Source of the DNA: Negaprion brevirostris
Lineage: Eukaryota
Direction: 5' to 3'
Length of the DNA: 64,000 nucleotides
Assembly (NCBI GenBank): GCA_030324005.1
Contig: JARDVH010000121.1
Span: 27,012,549 to 27,076,548 of the forward strand
The notes under the pieces were generated by a model. The model was not told the origin of the DNA. It saw nothing but the letters and a program-made list of their open reading frames with translations, and did no database searches. Shown here piece by piece: positions 12,201 to 24,808 of this stretch. Position numbers and translations under genes: made by a program. Every line of letters starts with the position of its first letter. Within the stretch, counting starts at the first letter, position 1.

Positions 12201-12667
12201 GCTACAAACAAGATTCATGTACAAAGACATCTAAATCCCTCTTCACAACAACACTTACTAGTTGCAATATATTTTGCTTTTCTATTTTTCCTGCCAAAGT
12301 GGATAATTGCACATTCCACCCAATCTGCCACATTCTTGCACATTCACTTAAACTGTCCTTTTGCAGTCTTTTAGTGTTCTCCTCACACCTTACATTTTCA
12401 CCTACTTTTGTATCATCAGCAAACTTGAATATATTACACTCAATCCCCTCAACTAAGTCTTTGACATGGACTACAAATAACTGAGGCCCAAGTAATTATT
12501 TTTGCAGCATCCCACCCTTAACAGCCTACCAACTCAAAAATGAGCAGTTTATTCCTCATCTCTTGTTTTCTGTCCACTAACCAATCCTTAATCCAAGTTA
12601 CCGTATGATACCCAAACTCACTTAATTAGTCCAAATCTTGGTGTCAAGAATAAAGCAAGTCTGTTAA

Positions 12668-12985
12668 GAGGGCACGGTGGCATAATGGTTAGGACTGCTG
12701 CCTCACAGGGCCAGAGACCCGGGTTCAATTCCTAGCTTGTATCACTGTCTGTGCGGAGTCTGCATCTTCTCCTCATTTCTGTGTGGGTTTCCTCTGGGTG
12801 CTCCAGTTTCCTCCCACCCTCCAAAGATGTGCAGGTTAGGCTGATCTGCCATGCTAAATTGACCCTCATGTAAGGGAGATTTGCAGGGTAAATATGTGGG
12901 GTTAAGGGGATAGGGCCTGATGGGATTGTGGTCAGTGCAGACTCGAAGGCATGAATGGCTCCTTCTTCACTGAAGGGATTCTATG
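12668..12985 (+). mobile_element. HE1-like V-SINE
   Basis: GGGCACGGTGGCATAATGGTTAG head, GGTTCAATTCC B-box, V-domain and GGATTCTATG tail. Confidence 0.85.
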
Positions 12986-13608
12986 AAAATTGAGGATTCT
13001 ATGAAAATTGGGAAAAGGACTCCCAATGTCTTGGTGAGGTTCAGTAGTGTACCTGGAAAAGTAAAACATTACATTGCAGGAGTGAGCTGACTGTCAGCTT
13101 GGTCCTGGCCAAGAAGAATTGAAGTCCTTCCAATTAGGGGTAGATCTGGACTTCCTACCAAGGAAAGTCACGACTTTAGGTATTGCAGAGGCAGCAAGAT
13201 CACAAAGTCGATGGGGAATTTAGCCACAATCTTATCGATAATCGATCTAGATTTTGAAACTGAAATGGAAATTAGGTTTTTATTACAGATGTTTGGGGTT
13301 TTTCTGAAAATCTCATCAGAAAAAACATCCAGTTAAGGGATAGCAGTCAAAATGTTCACAGAATAATTCACTACAACTAATGATGTATTCTGACAGGCAC
13401 TTTAAGAGTGACAGGATCAAAGTTGACAATAAGTTTGCAACCCAGACTCTTCAGCCTTTCCAAATAAAGGGGATTATGTAAAGTACTTAATAGTACTGTT
13501 GAAGAGAGAAACTGTCAATGGAAGTAATGGAGGGTGATATTGTTTGTGATTTAGTAACAATCTAGTAAATAATTAAAAAGAAATTCTGAATGTAGTGGCA
13601 GCCTTTAC

Positions 13609-13720
13609 CTGCATTTTCCATGTTCTGAGGATCTGCTCCAGGAATTGTAGTCACACTCATGAACCCAAGGCCCAGCCACTCCAAGATTAATGAAAGCCTT
13701 CCTCCATAATCATTAAACAT
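13609..13720 (-). CDS. ZNFX1: ZNFX1 coding exon 6
   Basis: Encodes MFNDYGGRLSLILEWLGLGFMSVTTIPGADPQNMENA; LEWLGLG is conserved with mammalian ZNFX1 as recalled. AG/GT boundaries, 112 nt, in phase. Not in the ORF track. Confidence 0.9.
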
Positions 13721-14334
13721 CTACAGAAACATTAAAATATTCAGTGAGATGATCAGGCATTCTCCAACATCAACTTCATGTCTGAGCACCATACCTGACA
13801 CGCAGTTTTTATAAAACCTCAAACAACCATTTCAAACAAGTAATAGTGTGTTAGCACATCCTGATAACAAAGAACAACCTTAGACCAACAACAGATAAAG
13901 CACAGTTTATCATACTCCAACTTTAAATTGCACATTGAAGTTAATCAATTAACACACAAATACCCCAATGCAAATAGCAGGGAATCATAAAAATTAGCTA
14001 TCAGGTCCATAGAGTAGAAAGGGAAACCATAGCTCAGTATGTCTGTTCCTGATGCCAACCAGTGACCTCTGCTAGAAGAAACATGAAATGTACTGGTTTA
14101 ATGTTGATAGTTTTGATTAAAATGTCAATGTTAAAATTCTAGGCTCATCTGAAGATTGTCCAATTGTTCAAAACACAGGGCAGGATTTTGCGACCTTGCT
14201 CAATCCGAGACCAGAAAGTCCCACCCAACGTCAATGGACCTTCCCATTGTACACCCCAATTCCCACAGCAGGTAGGGCGGTAGAATTCCAGCGGCAGAAG
14301 AACTGCTAGCATTTAGAACCACATTTCAGTGTAT

Positions 14335-14957
14335 TGTTGTAGGTAAAATAATACCTCTGAGACAGTAAGTCAAAATATAGTGGTTTTTATTACAAAACTC
14401 TGGCATCTTATTCCAGAATTTTGGGAGAAGCCTAGTAATCCATTATTTGTTCGTGTCTTACATGCTTTAACTCTCATTTTTATAAAGACAGATAGTTTAA
14501 TGTGACTGATATTTTGTAGACTTTGCAAATCTTACCTATTTGTGTTAGTTATATTTCGTTACACAGATGGTAGTTTATGATACCGGCTTTTGACAGCTGC
14601 TGATGGCAGATCACAACACCAGCTTTTAACAGGAAGAGTCCTGCTGGGACAGCCACGGTTGCACAAGTAACTTCAAAGACAGGGATGCTGGTACTGCTGC
14701 AGAAGGGATTCTTGTGTCCTGACTGCAGGACTGTAATTCCTGATTAACTCTGGGGCTGCATCATGACCCAGTAAGGAAGAACTGGAGGTCTGGCAGGAAT
14801 TGGAACATTGAATCGTGATCCCTGCTGGAGCTCAATGTATAAATACCCACTTATGTTTGCGTTCTCCCAAAATTCTGGAATGTACGCCAGAGTTTTGAAA
14901 TAAAAAATACTGTATTTTGACTCACCAACAGTCTGAGGTATTATTTTACCTAAAACA
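14335..14957. mobile_element. Non-autonomous DNA transposon (MITE) with ~95-bp TIRs, TGT...ACA ends and 4-bp TSD; Ginger-like
   Basis: 14335-14429 is the imperfect reverse complement of 14862-14957. GTAT flanks both ends directly (14331-14334 and 14958-14961). Confidence 0.8.
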
Positions 14958-15043
14958 GTATTAAAAAGACCCTGTATTGATCAGAAGGGAGAAAATGGTG
15001 GCATGTAGTTGCAGAGGGGTGGGGGTTGCTTGTGCCATCATAC

Positions 15044-15187
15044 CAGTCCATTCTGCAGGCTGTTCCAATGCATTGCAGAGATGTATTTCTCCAAGTACTG
15101 CTCATGAAGAACCCCTTGTGTCGTGCACTCCAAGTGCTGTGCTGCTGCCCGAATCTTCTGCTCTGACTCCCTCATCTGGTTGGTCAC
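15044..15187 (-). CDS. ZNFX1: ZNFX1 coding exon 5
   Basis: Encodes VTNQMRESEQKIRAAAQHLECTTQGVLHEQYLEKYISAMHWNSLQNGL. AG/GT boundaries, 144 nt, preceded by an 88-nt intron. Confidence 0.93.
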
Positions 15188-15275
15188 CTATATTGATTAC
15201 AGATTACGATAACTCAGTGGGTTTTGCTAATACTGATTCCAAATCATGAGACTTCAGCATTAGAGCAAATCTTAC

Positions 15276-15424
15276 TTCAAAATAGGCGCCTCGCAGGTGT
15301 TGGGGAAGTTTTCTTCTGAAATCTCTGCTGTTCCTCAGTTCCTTCAGGGTAAACCTTTTCAGTAATTCACTGTTACTCCTTCCGCCCACCCTAACCAGGC
15401 CAGTGTGCAAAAATCCATAGATTC
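15276..15424 (-). CDS. ZNFX1: ZNFX1 coding exon 4
   Basis: Encodes GIYGFLHTGLVRVGGRSNSELLKRFTLKELRNSRDFRRKLPQHLRGAYFE. AG acceptor and GTAAG donor, 149 nt. Confidence 0.95.
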
Positions 15425-17679
15425 CTGAACGTGAAAAAGACACACATACATTAACTTTATAATTCCTTGGATTCTCCACCTCTACCCAGTGGAGGATCAG
15501 GGCAGGAGGTACACCATCCTGATCCACTTTCCAGGGTGGAGCTGCTTTGTCAGGCCCGGCAGGCTTCCTGTAGGATCCCTACTGGCCAGGGCCAAGTGCC
15601 CACCACAGTCTGCTGTAATCTTCTGTCAATGATACATTGACTGCCAAAATATTACCTGAAAAATGGGACCTTTTAAAGTTTCAAAACTAAGAAGAAATTC
15701 TTTTTTTTTAGGTGTTCACCTATGCCGAGATCTAAAAAGCCACAAGATGAAAGGAGAAAAAATAATGTTGAAGTAAGAATGAGACAGTAAACCACATTGC
15801 CCAATTATGTTGCCTTTGTTCCCAATATCCCACTGATTTGGGGGCTGGATAATGGAACAAAGACCAAGTTTATATTTCCTCATTTATGTTATCTCTTCAT
15901 TAAATTTAGGCTTGTTATCATACGGTGTATAGTTTTACTGTACCATTTTCAAAATTAAAAACAACAGATATTGCAAATCTTAGGTCTAATCTAAACATTT
16001 CCTTGGGTTCAGCAGCAACAAAAGTTCATTTTTGCAAACACATCCCTGCGGAAAATTTTGACATCATTGCATTCAACAGCATTCATTTGCACTCGTTTGA
16101 TATCAACTATGCTCAAAAGCAAGTATTTAGCTGTCATTTCACATTTTCTGCACTCAAAGGTCACTTTAGTCATGTAGGGATGAGAAAATTTAGAAACTGG
16201 AGTTGGAGAGAGGGAGAGACCGAGTGGACGCTGAGCTGTGGGGAGAGAAAGAATTTAGAGAGTGGAAGGATGGGGTGGAGAAAGAATTAGGAGACTGGAG
16301 CCAAGGTGCAGAGGGTTGTGTGTGTTGGGTGGTGGTGGTGGGGGGTGGGGAGGTGCGGTGGGGCGTAGTGTATTTGGAGACTGCAGGAGGAAGAGAGAGA
16401 GAGTTTAGATCCTGAGATTTCTGAGGGTAGAGAATGTAGACCCTGAGACTAAAGGTGAGGGATGGGGAGAATATAGGATCTGAGACTGAGGGGAGACAGG
16501 GAGCTTACACCCTGATGCTGGGGGAGATGAGGGTGGGGGGAGTTTTAGGGAGAATTTATAACCTGAGATGGGGGCCCCCAAATCAAATTGGTGCGTTTTG
16601 TGTCAAATGGTTGCTGATTGTTTTTGAGAGCGCTAAATGCAAATATTATGTCAAAACCTTTAGGTAGGGTATGTTCTTCACAATCTGAAGTTCACCAAAT
16701 CTGCTTTATATCAAATTATAAGCCATCTGAGTAAAAATGTGACTCCCTTGTTATACAAACTGTAAATCATAAACTCAGTTACACTTCTGCAAGCTTCTAC
16801 ACCTTATTCAGATGAGGCCATATATAAATCATTAAATTGTGTTATTTTACAGTCAACAACTAAAGCTACAATCCCTTAAAGTAAATCTCACACTTCTTTA
16901 GTTTCATTTCAACCCCTCCCANNNNNNNNNNNNNNNNNNNNNNNNNNNNNNNNNNNNNNNNNNNNNNNNNNNNNNNNNNNNNNNNNNNNNNNNNNNNNNN
17001 NNNNNNACTGATTTCAGGAATCTCTGGACAGAAAATGGAGGGTTGACTTGTTGTTCCTTGTCAATTAGTTAGTTGGTCAGTCACTGCCCCTGAGTGAAGG
17101 TGTCCGATAACAATTCCTTCCTGCTTTCGGAATAAAATGTGTCATCTTAACACAATCTTGTTGGACTCCTGCTGTCTGATCTTATGACAGGTGATGTTTT
17201 ACAGAGCAGCCTGACTGGATTGGCTTCAATCCATAACTCTGCTCTCAGCACTGGCTAGAAGATGGATTTTAAAAATTTTGTAAACTTTCAACTTAGAAAT
17301 ATCACATCCATATAAACAGCACTGAAACAGCCTTTATCAGAAATGACAGCCTGTGACTCTGACTCTCTCAAAATATGGATGGGATGTTACGGCCTCACTT
17401 GAATCGAGACCAGAAAATCCCACCCTAGGTCAACAGACCTTAGCACTGTGCACCCCTCGCCCACTCCGATTCCTGGGTTGGGCAGAGCTGTAGAGTTCTG
17501 ACGTATATTTCTCCACTTGTCTGAAGCCTAATGTCTAATGTCTGAAGCCTTTGTCTAATGTCTCCTCCGTGGTCTAACAGGGGTTGGGACTACTTTCACC
17601 TCGGTTAATTCGTCATTAACCAGTCATTAAAAAAAGAATCACCTGCATTGACTTCCCTTCCTTGGCAGGGCTCCAAAGA

Positions 17680-18610
17680 TTTCATTTTGACCCCCTCCTG
17701 CTTCTTATCCAAATGCTGCCCTTTAGCAACATCAACTATAAATATTATCAGGTTCCACATACAGACTGACAACAGCCAGCTCTATCTCACCATCACCTTT
17801 CTCTCAAGCCCTCCACTCTCCCTAATTTATCATGCTCTTGATCACATATCCAATTCTAGAGCAGCAGATGTTTTTTCTAAGTGCCAAAAGGCCTGTCACA
17901 TACACCATTACGTAGCTACCAACTCTGTCCATCTCCCTGGACATTGTCTGAGGTGGATGCTGACCTTCTGGAGCCACGTGTCATACTTGACCCAAAATGA
18001 AACCCAAGTCGATCTAGATAACGTTGCCTGACTCCATACCCACAGCAGAAGCTCCCATTCCTGCCTTTGTTATCTTCAGACTTGACATTTCCAACACCTT
18101 CCTGACCAGTTTCCATTTTATGTCCTTTATAAACTTTAACTCATCACAAACTCTGCCATCAATAAGCTAACTTGCGCCATTCCATTCACCAAAATCCTTC
18201 TGCTCACTGACCTGCATTAGCTCCTCGTCTGGCAATGCCTCCATTTAAAATCCTCATCCTTGTTTCCCAAACACTCCCGGGCATCACTTCTCCCCATTTC
18301 TGTAATCTTCTCCAGTGCTAATCCTTCAAGACATCTACATTTAACCAATTGTTGTCTCTTGTGCACCCCTGATTTTCTTCAGTGCATTACTAGCAGCTAT
18401 GTCTTCAGCTGTCTGGACCCGAAGCTGTGAAAAGCCCACCCTTCTGTTTCTCTGCCTCTCTCCTTTAAGAAACTCCGTTAATCTTACCTTTATTCTAATA
18501 CCTCCTTATGTAACTTGATGTCAAATTTTGTTTGATAATGTTCCTGTGAAACACCATGGGACATTTCGCTCTGTTGAAGATGCTATAGCAAATGCAAGTT
18601 GTTGTTGTCG
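17680..18610 (+). mobile_element. L2 LINE 3' fragment
   Basis: FH.(Y)ADD.QLY-like remnant (FHIQTDNSQLY) in ORF 17648..18031, and the L2-type end GCTATAGCAAATGCAAGTTGTTGTTG. Confidence 0.7.
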
Positions 18611-19079
18611 TGCTTGTAGCTATTCACTGAGGAACATTCATGGAACATTTCATAACGTAAGACAGATAACTGGACAACTGGGGCATGGGGTTGAAGGAAG
18701 GAAGCAGGGAGACAGAAAGACAGACAGAAAAACACGGGACAGAATTTAAACAATTTAATTGGTGTCCCGACATCAGCAAAACGCACAGCTAGCTTGCAGG
18801 ACTTCCCTCTTCGATTTTACTGGCAGCAGCTCATTAATAAGTTGCCACTGGGATTCCCCCCTACTCTTGAGAGCTGCTCAACCAATCTGAGGGCTGACAA
18901 CTCAGCAGCACTACCAGGAACAGTGCCCCCGCCCCCCCAATACCACTTACACTTTAATAAAATTTTAAATGATGGAAGGGTAACTACTGTAGTAAATCAT
19001 TGGGGGCCACTGCCTTCTTAGCCTGTGATCAGTCTCGTTTTTGATTTTTAAAAATCTTCCCTCCCGTACTGCCACTGAC

Positions 19080-19960
19080 AGGATGACCGCATTCAGCTGG
19101 CAGCCTCAGGAGTTCCTCAGGATAGTGTTCAACCATCTTCAGCTGCTTCATCAACAGGTCAGAAATGGGGATGTTTGCTGCTTGCACAATGTTCAGCATA
19201 ATTTGAAACTCCTCAGATATTGAAGCAGTCCATGTCAAATCCAATAAGACATGGACAATATCCAGACTTGGACTGAAAAGTGGCAAGTAACATTCATGCC
19301 ATGCAAGTGCCAGGCCATGAATCTCTCCAACAAAAGAGGATCTAAACATTATCTCTTGAGATTCAATGCCAGTACCCTCGCTGAATCCCTCATTATCAAC
19401 ATCCTGGATATTACCATTGACCAGAATCTGAAGTGGATTTGCCATATAAATACTATGGCTGCAAGTTAGAGACTAGGAACTGTGCAGTGAGTAACTCACC
19501 TTCTGACTCCCAGACCCTATCCACCATTTACAAGACACAAGTTAGGAGTGTGATGGAATACTCCTCACTTGCCTGCATGAGTGCAGCTCCAACAACACTC
19601 AAAAAGCTGGACACAATCCAGGACAAAGCAGCCTGCTTGATTGGCACACCATTCACAAAATTCACTTTAATCACCACTGATGCATAGGCCACTGACTGCC
19701 ATCTACAAGATGCATTTAGAAGGACAATGGCAACAGATACCTGGGAACACCACCACCTGGATGTTCTCCTCCAAGTCACATATCATCTTGATTTGGGAAT
19801 ATATCAGTGTCTTCACTTTCGTTGTGTGAAAATCTTGGAACTCCCTCCTTAGCAACACTGTGGGTGTGCCTTCACCTCAAGGATTGCAGTGGTTCAAGGC
19901 GGCAGCTCACCAACACCTTCTCAAGGCCAACCACTAATGGCCCCATCCATTAATGAATTT
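19080..19960 (+). mobile_element. LINE RT 3' fragment (CR1/L2 group)
   Basis: Remnants DNIQTWTEKWQVTF.PCKCQAM and IYKTQVRSVMEYS..A...LDTIQDKA. Confidence 0.8.
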
Positions 19961-21199
19961 ATAAAAGCCTCTGGTAGGCTTGGTAAGATGGCCCTTAATT
20001 GCTCCTTTGCATATTGAAATTGGATTCTTGTACCTGGCAGTCTGTCCATAAGCATTCCCGCCATCGGAAAAATCCTCTCATGTCGGATCATAATCAGGAA
20101 GCCAGAGTTCCCTGAAATTTTACCAGCACACTCCACCTCCACCATGTTCCTGCCTCACATGAACTGATAATGTATCCCCCAAAAACAGAGGAATAGAAGA
20201 GAAATGCACAAACTTAGGTGGAGAGCATGGAGGACGGAGGGGGAGGAGCGGGGGTGGGGGGGGAGGGAGGGTGGAAGGGGTGGGGCAGGGGGTGAAAATA
20301 TAAATTGGGGGAGGAAGGGAAGGAGAGGGAAAAATACAGCTGACTGAAGGAGAGTCCCTGTCAGCCAGTGTCAAGGTCTGTTGTGTAACTTGTGTCTTTG
20401 GGTTATACAGCATTGGTATTTCCCTCTGAGGACCCAGCTTCATCTGGACTGGAGGTGAGGGAAATCAGTCAATTTAAAAAAAGGTTTCACTTTTGTTTTA
20501 TTTATTATTTATAACTTGCTGTATATTGCAAAAAGTTATAAAATGGTGGTAAAACTTCAGTTATAAGATTTGATAGTGATGATTTTATTGAGGCAATAGC
20601 ATTTATTTATCATTTCATATTCCATTTGAGACTGTAGATACAGTTTCGAAACAGCTTTTATTGCTACATTGTGTATCCTTAAATCTTAGGGTTTGGTGTA
20701 TTTACACACACAACATAAATATGTTTACATGTGTAAACAGTAGCAAAAACCACATGATTAAAAGTCTAGGAAAACAAACCAGAGTTGGCAACCCTATGAA
20801 ACCAAGTAACTTGCAGAGCATTTTTACTGGAAATGTTATATTTACATAAATAACTCCCTTGATGGTTACTGGCTTTTCTAAATAATAGAACCTTATCAGA
20901 AACTCAAAAAAATGTGCTTATAATTTAAAAGGATTTGCAGATAAGCACACTCCATTATAAATTACCCAAAATTATGTACATTCTTGACAGAACCAGTGAG
21001 GATTATAGAAAATAGCCAAGAATCTCTACGTAAGCATAAATTATTATAGTAGGGTGTGGAATATGTTTGAATAATAGGTGCTGCTGACATAGGATTGGGA
21101 GTGCAATCCAGAACACTTTGCCCTCAAAGGGGAAACAGACTGCCAGCATTTTCTCCAGGCTCTGGGAAGATAATTAGTTACTGGGTGATTACTAGTACC

Positions 21200-21490
21200 T
21201 ATGGTGGCACAGTGGTTAGCACTGCTGCCTCACAGTGCCAGTGACCTGGGTTCGATTCCTGGCTTGGGTCGCTGTCTGTGTAGAGTCTGCGTGTTCTCTC
21301 CATATCTCTGTGAGTTTCTTCCAAGCACTGCAGTTTCCTCCCACAGTCTGAAAGATGTGCTGGTTGGGTGCACTGACCAAGCTAAATTCTTCCTTAGTAT
21401 ATCTGAACAGATGCCAGAGTGTGGTGACTTGAGGATTGTTACATTGCACTGTTAATGTAAGCCTACTTGTGACACTAATAAATAAACTTT
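21200..21490 (+). mobile_element. V-SINE (HE1-related) with a different tail
   Basis: tRNA head with GGTTCGATTCC B-box and V-domain. The tail is TGTAAGCCTACTTGTGACACTAATAAATAAAC instead of the CR1-type tail. Confidence 0.8.
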
Positions 21491-22312
21491 TAAAAAGTTA
21501 CTATCTTTCGGGAGGGGGAGGTAAATTCAGGCAAGAAAAGTGTTTGTGAGTAAATGGTCAAAGAAAGAACTTCAAATTGATTAAAATGGCTTACAATTCC
21601 TCGGGATGTCTCAATTACAGACAATGAGTTATTTTTGAAGTGTTATCATTTGCTTTGTAGAGATATACTCAAAATATGTCTGGACAAGTGATTCATTTCA
21701 CCATATCATATTAATTGGAGTTGTATTACACAAGCAATTGAGATGAAGTTTCAATGTTCTTGTCCCTAGAGCAGAGTCTTGTGAGATGCTATTTGAAGAT
21801 GGAGTTAGAACAAGCTGCTTCTCCATCTCACGCCCTTCACTGCACACTCACAACTGTGTGGCAAAATTTCAGTCTTACGTCTCAAGCTTGTAACTGATGC
21901 AAGGCTGATTGCAATGTATGTGCATTCGGCACTCCTAAACCGATAAATGATGAGTGAAGCATGCTCCTCTTTCATTCAGATACATTTGCAATTACTTTTG
22001 ACATATTATTACTATTGACAATGTCCTGTACTATTTTTACTATCTACAATGTATTGAATAGATTTGAGACATAAAACACACACTGTAATAAGGACAACAT
22101 TAACATCGCGAGCTACAGCACAATTATTCCCTAACGTTTATTATAAAAAGATACAACTAGGCAGCATCAACAACATTTTGGTTAAATATCCAAGTTAATT
22201 AATGCAACTCAATTCAAAATAGAAAAGTTTATAGTCAGCAAATTAACAACTTAGAATAAAACTTCAATGCTTAATATTAAGAAAAGTCAAACAGATGGAT
22301 GCAAAACCTTAC

Positions 22313-22444
22313 CTTCAAGGAACTGGTCTAGTGCATGGTTTGTGTAGCACACCACCAGAATTGGAAACTTTCTTAACCGTCGCTGCCAAACTGACTCATT
22401 CTTTAAGAGCGTTTGCACAATTTTTAACCCGACGTAGGTTTTTC
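22313..22444 (-). CDS. ZNFX1: ZNFX1 coding exon 3 (completes Walker A GPPGTGKT; motif Ia)
   Basis: Encodes GKTYVGLKIVQTLLKNESVWQRRLRKFPILVVCYTNHALDQFLE. AG acceptor and GTAAG donor, 132 nt, in phase. Confidence 0.96.
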
Positions 22445-23971
22445 CTACAAATGATAAATTGGCATTGCTTAGCCAAGTTTAAAGAAAACCTTTTAAAGGT
22501 TATTACAGACTATATCATCAGTGTTGTATTTACCTACTACAAGATTTTTCAGAAGAAGTAGATACATAAAAATATAACATTTATTAGAAGACTTAATGTG
22601 AATTTGGATAACTTTGTAAAGGACCCCTAGGGTCCTTTACCTGGGATGCCTTTTTGTTTACTCTGCCTAATTAGAATAATAAACTGGAACAATCATTCTT
22701 GTGATTTATTCTACATGTTAGCGCTGAATTTGGATGTTTATTTGCTGTGTGCCACAAAACTGCAAGCAATCCCAGCACAGTGCAAACATACTGTCATTTG
22801 TATATGGTGCTTCAGAATTAATCATATCAATATACCCCTTTCCCATCTGAATGTGCCTAAACAAAATTCTCTGGATTTCATTGTTCTGCTCAATGTATCC
22901 TGAGGCACCATATCCCATACAATTCAAACAAGGTGCTATGAATTATTTTCACACTGTATCAATGCTGATCTCTTTCAACCCAGCTATCAACTGTGGTTTA
23001 CAATGGCAGTATGGGGGAGTGTTTTAACTGGTTTTCAGACAGGCGGAGGCACGACAAGCGTCAATTCCACACTGTAGTATCAGTTTTAGGCATGGGCTAT
23101 ATTTTAAACTCTTGGGCTTCATTTACATTGAGCCAATTAACTACCCGCCTGAAGTAAGCAGAATTAAGCAGCTAGCTGCATTCAGTTGGTTAAAACTTGA
23201 TTTGAGGTCACACATTGGCTATAAGGTAAATATCAGCTCTCAACAGCATCTCAGGGTCAGGAAGATGGGAAAGAGATGCCTAGAGCAGGAGAGGCCAAGA
23301 CTTTGCTTGTGTGACATGTTCAAGCAGTCATGCTCCTTCTGGTCCCATTGAAGAAAGTTTATTACTTCGTTAATGTTGCATGTTCAGTCTTTGGAGCAGT
23401 TTTCAATCAGCTGGTTGGTATTCTGCTCAGACAGCAGTCAGAAGGACACCATGGTATACTGACCCCCTTCAGTATACACGTATGAGGATCCAACCAGATT
23501 GAGGCAAGGTCCGTTATTCATCACCAAAAACTGTGATGTGACCATCCTGTGGAGTGGGATCAGAATCAATAGTGAAGTCTCTCCTTTTTAACTGTCCCTA
23601 TACCTTCTCCACCCAGGCAGATAAATTGAAATTGTACCATGCCTCTCACCTCACAAGTATTCTTAAAATTGGGGGCACTAAACAGGGCATTGTCCAACCA
23701 ATTTCTACCACTGTAGATGACATCAGAATTTCCAGTCTGAGATGTAGGTGCCCATTGGACCGAGGAAAATAAGATGCCCTACCACTGATTCCACATACTT
23801 TGCTAGCCTCTTCCAGCTGAATTTCAATGATTCTCCTGCTACCCGTATTGACAGGGCCAGTATTAGAATTAGACAATAGACAGTTAAATAAAACAACATT
23901 AATAGACTATAAGACTAGATGAAAATAAGTTATAAAATGTTAAAAGAAGTTATAAATATAAGTTATAAAAT

Positions 23972-24280
23972 GGCAACATGGTCGCACAGTGGTTAGCACT
24001 GCTGCCTCATAGCACCAGGGATCCAACTTTGTTTCTGGTCTTGGGTCACTGCCTATGTGGAGTTTGCACATTCTCCCCATGTCAGCGTGGGTTTCCTCTG
24101 GTTGCTCCGGTTTTCTCCCACAGTCCAAACATGTGTGGGTTAGGTTGATTGACCATGCTAAATTGACCCTAGTGTCAAGAGGGTTAGCAGGGTAAATGAA
24201 GGTTATGGAATAGGGTCAGGGTGGGATTATTGTCAGTACAGACTTGATGGGCTGAATGGCCTCCCTCTGATTCTATTCGA
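23972..24280 (+). mobile_element. HE1-like V-SINE
   Basis: Same head, V-domain and tail as the copies at 6720 and 12668. Confidence 0.85.
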
Positions 24281-24808
24281 TGACTATATCTTACATATAA
24301 AGAATGTTATAGCACAGAAACAGGCCATTCAGCTCAACAAGTTTATTGTCCATGCCAGCTTCCTCCCCTTTCACTTCACCTCTTCCAATGATCTTTTTCC
24401 TTTCTCCCTAAATATATCCAAGACACTCATTTCAATCACTCAGATTGGTAGAGCCCCACATTCTAACTGCTCTTGGGGTAAATAAGCTTTTCCCAAATTC
24501 TTTAATGGATTTCATATTGACTACTTATATTTATGGCTTCTAGTTTGGATATTGCTCCACAACTGGAAACAACTGTGGATGGGTATTGAACAGAGGCAGG
24601 TTTGGCATTCACTTCCTACGCCCCACCAGTATTTTACAGCTTAGTGACACTCACTCAATGAGGTGTGATAAACTGCTCAATAGATTTCTTGAAATATCTT
24701 TAACACAGGAAGAGAGAAGGGAGAAAATTGGACAAGAATTAAGAAATTATAAAAATAGTTTTAATTATTTAATCTATTAAAATTCAGATGCTATTTGTTT
24801 GAGTGTAC

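Noticed and set aside
16190-16580. Purine/G-rich tract and its ORFs (also 20220-20335)
   Set aside because: Low-complexity sequence. G4 potential is generic and the ORFs are compositional artefacts.
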